Assembly (NCBI RefSeq): GCF_009914755.1
Contig: NC_060925.1
DNA: 64,000 bases
Direction: 5' to 3' (one strand)
From: the human T2T-CHM13v2.0 reference genome, Homo sapiens
Shown here: in pieces, positions 47,863 to 64,000 of the stretch
Layout: each line of letters opens with the position of its first letter
Numbering within the stretch: the first letter of the stretch is position 1
Notes under the pieces: model-generated
Told to the model about the DNA's origin: nothing
The model's database searches: none
Seen by the model: the letters and a program-made list of their open reading frames with translations, nothing else
Position numbers and translations under genes: made by a program

Positions 47863-48877
47863 ATGGGGAAAAAGAGAACAGAAAAACTGGAAACTCTAAA
47901 ACGCAGAGCGCCTCTCCTCCTCCAAAGGAACGCAGTTCCTCACCAGCAACGGAACAAAGCTGGATGGAGAATGACTTTGACGAGCTGAGAGAAGAAGGCT
48001 TCAGACGATCAAATTACTCTGAGCTACGGGAGGACATTCAAACCAAAGGCAAAGAAGTTGAAAACTTTGAAAAAAATTTAGATGAATGTATAACTAGAAT
48101 AACCAATACAGAGAAGTGCTTAAAGGAGCTGATGGAGCTGAAAACCAAGGCTCGAGAACTACGTGAAGAATGCACAAGCCTCAGGAGCCGATGCAATCAA
48201 CTGGAAGAAAGGGTATCAGCAACGGAAGATGAAATAAATGAAATGAAGCGAGAAGGGAAGTTTAGAGAAAAAAGAATAAAAAGAAATGAGCAAAGCCTCC
48301 AAGAAATATGGGACTATGTGAAAAGACCAAATCTACGTCTGATTGGTGTACCTGAAAGTGATGGGGAGAATGGAACCAAGTTGGAAAACACTCTGCAGGA
48401 TATTATCCAGGAGAACTTCCCCAATCTAGCAAGGCAGGCCAACGTTCAGATTCAGGAAATACAGAGAACGCCACAGAGATACTCCTCGAGAAGAGCAACT
48501 CCAAGACACATAATTGTCAGATTCACCAAATTGAAATGAAGGAAAAAATGTTAAGGGCAGCCAGAGAGAAAGGTCGGGTTACCCTCAAAGGGAAGCCCAT
48601 CAGACTAACAGCGGAGCTCTCGGCAGAAACACTACAAGCCAGAAGAGAGTGGGGGCCAATATTCAACATTCTTAAAGAAAAGAATTTTCAACCCAGAATT
48701 TCATATCCAGCCAAACTAGGCTTCATAAGTGAAGGAGAAATAAAATACTTTACAGACAAGCAAATGCTGTGAGATTTTGTCACCACCAGGCCTGCCCTAA
48801 AAGAGCTCCTGAAGGAAGCGCTAAACATGGAAAGGAACAACCAGTACCAGCCGTTGCAAAATCATGCCAAAATATAA
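47863..48877 (+). pseudogene. L1 ORF1, disrupted
   Basis: Relative to consensus: 1-bp loss at codon ~4 (ATGGGGAAAAAGAGAAC), 1-bp loss at ~48530 (ACCAAA^TTGAA) and an AGA>TGA nonsense change at 48770-48772. Confidence 0.92.
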
Positions 48878-48916
48878 AGACCATCGAGACTAGGAAGAAA
48901 CTGCATCAACTAATGA

Positions 48917-52876
<3,960 letters not shown>

Positions 52877-53389
52877 ACAATGAGATCACATGGACACAGG
52901 AAGGGGAATATCACACTCTGGGGACTGTGGTGGGGTGGGGGGAGGGGGGAGGGATAGCATTGGGAGATATACCTAATGCTAGATGACGAGTTAGTGGGTG
53001 CAGCGCACCAGCATGGCACATGTATACATATGTAACTAACCTGCACAATGTGCACATGTACCCTAAAACTTAAAGTATAATAAAAATAAAATAAAATAAA
53101 ATAAAATAAAATAAAAAGAAAGAGGCCCAGGATAGCTGCCTTGCCCCTTCCACCATGTGAACAGTGAGGAGGCACCCTCACCAGACCCCAGATCTACCAA
53201 TGCCTTGATCTTGGACTTCCCAGCCCCCAGAACTGTGAGAAATACATTTTAGTTGTTTAAAAGCCACTCAGTTTATGGTATCTGTTGTAGCAGCCTGAAC
53301 AGACCAAGACAGGCCCCCTTGGCTTCATGGCAGGAGACAGAGCTGTGGCCCCTCCAAGGCTGCACACAGAAACTGGTAGCTTTTTAAAA

Positions 53390-53691
53390 CATTTAATTTA
53401 ACTTTTTTTGAAACAGAGTCTTGCTCTGTCACCCAGGCTGGAGTGTAGTGGTGCGATCTCAGCTCGCTGCAATATCCGCCTCCTGGTTTCAAGCGATTCT
53501 TATGCCTCAGCCTCCCAAGTAGCTGGAACTACAAGCACCCGCCAGCACACGCAGCTAATTTTTGTATTTTTAGTAGAGACGGAGTTTCACCATGTTGGCC
53601 AGGCTGGTCTTGAACTCCTGGCCTCAGGTGATCCACCCGCCTCGGCCTCCCAAAGTGCTGGGATTACAGGCGTGAGCCACCACACCTGGCC
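53390..53691 (-). mobile_element. AluS
   Basis: 17-bp TSD AGAAACTGGTAGCTTTT. Confidence 0.9.
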
Positions 53692-54744
53692 AGAAACTGG
53701 TAGCTTTTACAAAAAAGAAACCAAAGTACCACTGGGCTGGAGGGGCCAAGAACTCCACAAATGTTCACCACATCAACAGTTCCAGTGGCCAAAGCTCAAA
53801 GCAAAGAGTTTTAGCCTTTCTGCCACGAAGGCCCTTTTTATTATCTTCATCTTCCAGAAGCTCAATTTCTTAAGGATTTTGCCAACAAATAAACTAACTG
53901 TATGCATTAATTCATTACAAATATTGTATCAGTCCAGGGCGTAATTGCTCATAGAACTTCTGATTGACCAACATGGCCAGTGGAGCTGCAAAGAGAGTCA
54001 ATCTTTCAAGTCACCTGTGCAGCCTTATCATGCTTTTTGAAATACCAAAAATAGCCCTAGGAGTATACACTACCACCTTCCCAGGCATCTGGGCCCCCAG
54101 GTGGGAAGCAACAACTTAATATGTTTCCTCTCCTGAGAGTGCATCATTCTAGCAGCCCACTAGAAGCCAGAAATGTCCTCAAGAGCCAAAGGAATTGGCC
54201 CAGCGGGGCGCTTCAGGCATAGCGGCAGGCCTTGCTGCAAATCCTGTGGTTAAGGCTGCTGTGCAGACTGACTGGCCCTGACTTCAGTAAACTGAGTTCC
54301 TTGTGAGAGCAGAGCAGGTGTGATGTGAACCCCCCAGGATGCTTTGTCAGGTGGACAGAGCTTGGGCCAAATGCCTCCCTTTCCTCATCTGCCAAGTGGA
54401 GATGATGACATCCCAAAGGTCACAGGCTTTACTGTAAGAACTCAGTGAATTGGTACCTGCCAGGCACTGGGCTGGTTAGTACTTCACCTACCACTTCATT
54501 CATCCTGCCTGAGTCTTTTAGGAGGAACAGACAAGGAGTGGGCTGGGGAGCTTCTTGAAAGGATGAAATGAGCAAATGCATGCAAATCTCTATGTGTATA
54601 AAATGGTGTTTTGTGCACGTGTCTGTCTGCATTCACCCCTCCCCCAGCTGACTTCACTCCTCATCCCAGGTGGCATGGCGTACACTGTTTCTTTCCTGAT
54701 GACTCCACATTCATAATCTCCAGCTTTGATCTCTCACCTCCTGA

Positions 54745-55094
<350 letters not shown>

Positions 55095-55639
55095 CAGGTG
55101 CAGTATGTTTAAACCCATTCCTCATTTCCCCTCATCCTCCTCGTCTCATTTCATGTCAACTCCATCCTTCCAGTTGCTCAGACTGTCCTTGGGTTGTCTT
55201 TTACTCTTCTCTTTCTCTCACACCCCACATCTGACCTGTCAGCACATGGTCAGCTCCACCTACAAAATGTTTCCAGAACTTGCCCGGTTCTCACCTCCTC
55301 CATGGCTTCCGTCCTGGTCTTGTGCACCATCCTCTTGCCTGGACTTCCGCAGGAGCCTCCTCACTGTCCCGCTTCAGTCCTGGCCCCACACAGCTTCAAC
55401 AAAGCCACCAGAGGAAGCTGTTGGAATACAAGTCAGATCGTGTCACTCCTGTGCTTAAAGGCCTCCAGTGGTTCCACACCCAAAGGACAGGGTCCTGAGA
55501 ATGTCCCAGCAGCCTGAATGCAGTCCATTCTCCACCTGCCTCTCCAACCTCCTTCCTCCCACTCTCCCTCGTGCCTCTTGCTGATTCCGTCAGGCACGCT
55601 TCTGCCCCAGGGACTTTGCACTTGCTGCCTCCCCACTTT

Positions 55640-56465
<826 letters not shown>

Positions 56466-57482
56466 TGACAGAAATGTCAGCTTCATGAGGGCAGGGGTTT
56501 TTATCTCTTTTCACTGCTGTATCCCTGGCACTTGGAATCATGCCTGGCACATAGTAGGTGCTCAATAAATGTTTGCTGAATGAGGGAAAGAGCACTAGAA
56601 TCTGACTGGCAGCCTCCGGATCCTCTTTCCATCCGTAGTCTGCACTCCTGCCTCTCTTCCTCCTCAGAGCCTGCCCAGTCCTGAAGACACCAATAAGAGA
56701 AAAGCTTTCAAAGCTCCTCCCTCATGCCAGACCCCACGTGCCCTTCTCATTACTCTTACAGCAATCCTGGGGGGTTGGGAGAGTTACCTTGACCTCACAG
56801 ATGAGGAAACTGAGGCTCAGAGAGGCAGGGAACCTTTCCCAGGGTCACATAGGCAGGAAGTGGAGAAGCTGGGATTTAAACTCAGGCTGGTGTGCTCCAG
56901 GGCCTGGGTGCTTCAATCACAAGATTGTCCTACAAGTCCCCAAGACTGGGTGAGGGTGTCTAGGAAGTCAGGACCCCCTGGATGTCACCCCCTCCCAATG
57001 TGCTGTATTATCTTGTGGGCAGGAAACACTGAGGCTCTGAGGTAGGGGCTGAAGGAGCTATGACAAAGAGGTCACTCTGGGGAGTCCCTAATGCTACCCT
57101 TGAATAGCCTCTTCCCCCCACTGCACCCCAGTTTTTGCTCCTGATGTTGGCCACGCAGCTGCCCCATTCCGTTAGAGTGCTGTCTCCACAGCTGCTGACA
57201 CCTGTCTTCCCCAGCTGTCCAGGAAGGCATCTGAACCTGAGTGACCACTTGCAGCTGCCATGACCAACACCCAACACCCAACACCCACTCTGGGAGGCCT
57301 CACCCTCCAAGGCTTGTACCAGGGCCTTATGTGGCTGACACTCAGCCTGGCTGTAAGGAAGGGGTCTCTGTCCAGCTCTGTCCCCGTGGCCTGGAAGCTC
57401 TCTGGAGGAGACCCTGAATCCCAATCTTTCCCTGCCACCTCCACCTTCTCTTCTGTACCCCAAGCTGAGATGGTATCACCAA

Positions 57483-57502
57483 GGGTTAGGGTTAGGGTTA
57501 GG
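57483..57502 (+). repeat. Short telomere-like (TTAGGG)n tract
   Basis: GGGTTAGGGTTAGGGTTAGG. Confidence 0.85.
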
Positions 57503-57890
57503 ATCTTTTGGTTGCAAGCAACAGAAAACCAAATCAAATGGGATTTAAGCAAAGGAAGTTAATTGGCTCATATCACTGAAAACTCCAGAGGGTACAGCTG
57601 GCTTCAGGAAGGGTGGACAAAGGGGCTCAGGTGTCACCATCAGACCTGTTTTCTCCCCGGTCTTGCCTCAGCTATGTCTCCTTTGAGTGTTGGCTTCATT
57701 GTCACTCTCTACCTGGTGGCAAGAAGGTACTGGCAGCCTCTAGTTCTACAGCCAGGTTCCCTCCAATGGTAAACAAGCAAAAGTCCTAAGAGCCACTCAG
57801 ACTGACTCTGCCTGGCTCTGGCCACCCCTGAACCAGTCACTGTGGAACATGACACAGACTATGGCTGGGACTGGACTTGGGCACCCTATA
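57495..57890 (-). mobile_element. Old MaLR LTR (MLT1K/L-like)
   Basis: ttaggatcttttggttgcaagcaacagaaaaccaaatcaaa...ttaattggctcatatcactgaaaa. Confidence 0.6.
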
Positions 57891-58139
57891 CCCAAGAAAA
57901 AACTGGGACACTCTTACCGCAATGGTAAGCAGGTGCTGGACACGAAAAACAGGAGATGCTGCTGACACCTGGGGGAGGCCTGTCCCCACCCACTCAGAGA
58001 CACGCCCCCTGCCACCGATCCAGGGAAGTGCGCAGCAGGTCAGCCTTTGGCTGCCGTCAGTCGGCCAGTCTCCCACATCTCTGGGACTCCTCTTGCCACG
58101 TCGCAGCTGGGAGAGGCCTAGGGAGAGGGGCTGTGTGCA

Positions 58140-58700
58140 CGGATTGGCAGTGGGAGAGAGATGTAGGCCAATCAGAATATCACGCGGGTTGGAAAGGGGG
58201 CTACTGTGCGCGAGGTGCCTTCTCGTGCCCTGCCTCAGTGGGACCCTCACCTTAGCTCCGTGCAGGTGAGGAGGCTGGGCCTGGGCCAAGCTCTCACAGC
58301 TACAGGGTGCTGGGTGGAAGGGGGCCTCCTGCACTCGGAGCTCTTGGCTTGTCTCCACCCAGCAGCTCCCTTGAGGAAGGTGGGGAAGGTCGCAGCTTTG
58401 TGCAAAGGGAGCGAGTACACAATGTGGCCGCCTCCTCTTTTCCATCCCATCACCTCTCATTTCACCAACCTGCCTGAGGCTGCAATCAACACTCCCCGCG
58501 TGTGGGGGCGGAGCCAACCCACGAGGCCATGCTTCAGGCCCCTGATTGGTTCAGGAGTAGCGCTTGACCTAATGAGGCGCTACCAATGGGATGCAAAGAG
58601 ACATTCCCTGGCCTTCTGCCAGAGCGGTTTCCCTGTTCTCCCAACAAACAAACATACCTGGACCACGTGGCGCGAGGATATTAAGTTTAAGATGGTGGCA
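58140..58700. promoter_or_regulatory. Orphan promoter/enhancer-like element
   Basis: Locally CpG-rich, apparently unique DNA with CCAAT boxes (58143, 58168, 58545, 58583), a GC box (58505), CACGTG (58664) and YY1-like AAGATGGTGGC (58689). Confidence 0.6.
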
Positions 58701-58784
58701 GCAGTTTTTGAGACCTTGCAGAGAGAGCTGCTGAAAGCTGCTGGGGGCGCAGCCTCTCAGGTTGTACACGAGGTGCTGAGGTTT

Positions 58785-59703
<919 letters not shown>

Positions 59704-60272
59704 AGGCACTGAGGTTTGGACTCAGGCTGCCTCCTGCCTCAGCCAGAGTGATGAGCACTCATCCCTTCTGTGTGCTCACCCACCACAGGCCTAGCAGGGA
59801 CATCTAACTGCAGTAAACTTGTCCTGAATAAATGAACAGCAGGATGAGTGATGCCTGCCCTCAACTTCCTCTCCCAAATGAGCTACTGAACTGGACTTGG
59901 GTCCCCTTCAGTTGCTCCCTCCCCCATCTCAAATGTCTCTCAGCCTCAGTCCCCTCATCTGCATAATGTGCATAATAATGGTATCCTAGAATTGTTGTGG
60001 AAACTAGAGTTAATATATGTCTGGGACATAGTAGGTACATAGCAAATGCCAATTATTATTATTATTATTATTATTGGTATTATTTCTCTCCAGGAACTTT
60101 AGTTTCCTCAGCTGTGAAATAGCAATTCATTTATTCATTCAACCAACTGCTGATCATCGCCCATGTGCCGGCCATTGTGGTTAAGACCTAGAACAGTAGC
60201 AGATGAATGAGTCATGGTCTCTGCTTGGAGGGACTAACCTTCTGGTGTGGCGGACAGTCATGTTAAAACCCA

Positions 60273-60578
60273 GGCCTGGCACAGTGGCTCATGCCTGTAT
60301 TCCCAGCACTTTGGGAGGCTGAGGCAGGCAGATCTCTTGAGATCAGGAGTTCGAGACCAGCCTGGCCAAGATGGTGAAACCCCGTCTCTACTAAAAATAC
60401 AAAAATTAGCCGGGCATGGTGGTGTGCGCCAGTAGTCTTAGCTACTTGGGAGGCTGAGGCACGAGAATCACTTGAACACGGAGGTGGAGGTTGCAATGAG
60501 CCGAGAGCCGAGATAACCCACTGCACTCCAGCCTGGGCAACAGAGCAAGACTCCGTCTCAAAAAAAAAAAAAAAAAAA
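60273..60578 (+). mobile_element. AluS
   Basis: Dimer; TSD TTAAAACCCA. Confidence 0.9.
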
Positions 60579-61019
60579 CGGAATTAAAACCCAGTGGGAG
60601 GAGAGCCACAATATATGTAAAGTCTATGTAGAAGTTAGGCAGCCTAGGGGTGGTGGGCAGCTATCTCCAGAATTGGGCTAATTGAGGGGAAGGATGAGAG
60701 CTGACTGTGTCCCTTGCTCTTTCTGGCTTCTCGAGTTGGCATGAAAACTTTTGGGGTGGGCTTCACTGGCTGTTGACTAGGACCATACAGACAGATCACC
60801 AGAAAGCCCAGGCTTAGGGTAGGTAGATGAAAGTTAAGGATCAGGGAAGAATGAACCAAACTATATCTCAGGCATTTTCCCCTAAAATGTTACCTTAGTT
60901 TTTAAGAATCAAGTGAAATAATATATAAATCTAATTCTTTAAAGACTTTTATCCTTTTGAAAAATGAGTGCAATTTATTTTAATAGAGGTGAATCTGTGA
61001 TATGAGTAGCCACATTACA

Positions 61020-61033
61020 CCGCCACCTGGTGG
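61020..61033 (-). promoter_or_regulatory. CTCF motif, reverse orientation (CCACCAGGTGGCGG), quasi-palindromic
   Basis: Exact consensus match on the minus strand and a one-mismatch match on the plus strand. Confidence 0.72.
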
Positions 61034-61521
61034 CAGCATACTAAAGTCACAGGTTTGTTTTCCTTTGAGACCAAGGGTACACCACAAACTCAGTTGTTTT
61101 TGGACGTGAGCAAAGATACCAAAGCCATTTTCCCCTTTCCCCTTCTCCCCAACCCTCTACTAAAACCCACTTCCATGGTTGGAGCTCCCAAGCTTCCAGC
61201 ATTTTTGATTCAGCCACACCTGCTCCAGTTTCCAGCAGAGAAGCCAGCCTAGTTTTCCTCCCCATCTCCTGCCTCAGGCCCATCCTGCCCTCCAACTCTA
61301 CATCAGAGCTAAACTCCCCAAGCCCTCGGCTCAGGCCCCAAGGGGAATGTGGATCAGGGAGAGAACCCTGCCCGAGGGTAAAGGTTAAGAGTGCAGATGC
61401 TACATGCACTGATGTGGGTTTGAATCTCCAGCTGACCACTTATTGGCTGTGGTCTCTCTACATCTCTAAGGCCTCTCTGAGCTTCACTTTCCCCATCTGG
61501 AAAAAGTGGGATGCAGTCTGG

Positions 61522-62084
<563 letters not shown>

Positions 62085-64000
62085 TAACAGAGATTTCTTC
62101 TTCTTTCTGTTACACGTCCTTCTACTCTTCTTTCTACAAGAACTGGCGTGGGTGGAGACCAAGAAATGCTGGGGAGGAGAGGAATGGAGAAGATCATGAG
62201 AAGCAGAATGCCCCTTCACTGCTCTTCCACCCTTTGCCGGAAATGTCTAAGGCCTGTCCTGTAGGACCTCCCTCTCAGGCTCCTCTCCCCATCCCAACCT
62301 CTCCAGTTCCCTCCGCCAAAGTTCCTCTGAGCCTGGTCCCCAACACCCTGGGTCATCTGAGAACCCACTTCGCATTGAATGGGCCATGACTGCCTCCCAC
62401 CCACCCTGACCTCCCCACTCCACCCCCAGCTTGGGGCATTTGCACTGTGTTCCAGGCATTCTGGAAGGGGAGAAGTTTTGGAGCTGGGCTTCCTCAAACT
62501 TGGCAATCACTGGAGCTCTGTCCTAAAGCTTAGGAAATCAGCTTTCCACCCAATGGTGATGCTGTCTGGATCTTGTGTGGCCTTGGTCAAGTCACACACT
62601 CTCCCTTGAGCCCTGAATTCCCCATCCCGATATAGACCAGCTCTGACAGCATGGCTGCTGGGCCTGCCGAAGGGGTGGGCAGGGTGGGCAGGTCCTCTCC
62701 CCCCACCCACTTTCTCCTTGGAGAACCCCAGGATCCTGCTCAGAGGAGGAAGCAGTGCTCCCCCTAGGGAAGCGGATCCCAGGGGACTCCAGAATCCTCC
62801 CCCACACTCTGCGGGCAGCCAGCACTAAGTGCTGTATTAATTATTACCAGCCTCCCCTGGGAAGCAAATTCAAAGTGAGGTCACCATGGTAACCCAGACA
62901 CTGCAATGTGACCAAATTTTTAAAGTGCTCAACATGTTCCAGGCAAATTACCTATCGATGGAAGAGAAAAGAATGAGGCTTCAATCCCACAGTTCAGTGG
63001 CCTTAGGAAGAAAAGCCCAGAAGCTCCCATGGGGCCTGGAACCTTTCTACAAAGGAGTGAGGCGGGGACAGGGATGGGAGATCAGAGCCCCACCTCGAGA
63101 GAGCAGAGCAGAGATGGAAATGACATCCAGGGTCCTGAATGATCTCTTATGGGTGGGCATGAGGCCTGGCCAGAGAGCCAGAGGGCCTGGGTCCTAGGAC
63201 CAGCTCTGCCACCATTTAGCTCTGCAGCCCCAGGCCAGTCCCTTGCCCTCTCTGAGCCTCCAGTAAAGCCTCACCCAGAAGTATTTCTTAAAGGACCAGA
63301 GAGATGAACCATAGTGAGTTATTAACCTCATATATGAGGGTACGGGGTGGTAAGAAGAAGGGTGAGGGGTTTTTGCGAATCAGGCTTCTAAGGCAGAGAC
63401 CTAGATTCAAATCCCACTTCTGCCATCCAGCAGCTGTGTGACCTTGGGTCAGAGACTTCACCCCTCTGAGTTGGCTTCCTTACCTGTAAGAGGGGGGCCA
63501 ATCACAGTCCCACCGCCTCTGGGTGGTTATGAAGTTTAAATCAGATAATCCATGAAAAGCACTCGGCACAGCACCCTGGACAGAGTAGGGCCCCCTGTCA
63601 TCATCTCTGCTGCCAATTAATAAGTGTCCCACGTGCCAGGCTCTAAGCTGAGCATGATGAACATGATCCATCACCAAATCCTCGCCACATCCTTCCCATG
63701 AGGCGGGTGCCATTGTTACTCCACTTTACAGGTGTGGAAACGGAAAGTAAAGCTAGCAGGGCGAGGCAACTCACCAAAGCACACAGATACCCATGGTGGG
63801 GGCCTGGATCCTGACCCAGGACCTTCTTCCTTCAGAACTCAGGCCCCTAACCATTCACCTGAGTGAAATGAGATGTGTATTGAGTGCCCAACACAAATGC
63901 GTGGCACATTGTTGGTACTCACTAATAGTGGCCACTCACTGGCACATTCAGGGTTCACGTCATAGCCACCGTTTTGCCCCGATCCCCGTCTTCTGGCACT

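Noticed and set aside
47964-48772. 191-aa and 78-aa ORFs as separate genes
   Set aside because: They are fragments of the frameshifted L1 ORF1.
53408-53944. 178-aa ORF and the many similar 60-140 aa ORFs (LSPRLECSG..., [13 protein letters not shown]...)
   Set aside because: These are translations of Alu sequence.
54077-54243. Extra minus-strand exon candidate (DLQQGLPLCLKRPAGPIPLALEDISGF*WAARMMHSQERKHIKLLLP...)
   Set aside because: Its best frame is out of phase with the neighbouring candidate exons and the acceptor is weak, so it was left out of the chain.
62755-62773. Weaker CTCF-like motifs (here and at 27154-27165)
   Set aside because: Two to three mismatches at informative positions; not distinguishable from background without ChIP data.

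Overview
Human/hominid-type genomic DNA, rich in Alu, L1, MIR and L2 repeats. About 1-40.6 kb is the 3' part of MACO1 (macoilin, TMEM57) on the + strand: a long intron, five phase-compatible GT-AG coding exons encoding the coiled-coil C-terminus (ending ...YQPLKK*), and a ~1.75 kb 3' UTR with three AATAAA signals. The rest has no intact protein-coding gene that I recognise; from memory of human 1p36.11 the next gene is LDLRAP1, outside the window. This downstream part holds a full-length L1PA2-type LINE-1 (46963-53117, 15-bp TSD) nested in an MLT1A LTR. Its ORF1 is dead, its antisense ORF0 is intact, and its ORF2 is open with a perfect in-frame 108-bp tandem duplication in the endonuclease domain. 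Also present are three strong CTCF motifs in a boundary/loop-like arrangement, an orphan CpG-decayed promoter-like element at ~58.1-58.7 kb, and a tentative chain of decayed exon-like segments on the minus strand (possible lost gene convergent with MACO1, low confidence). Repeat boundaries and subfamily calls were made by eye and are approximate.
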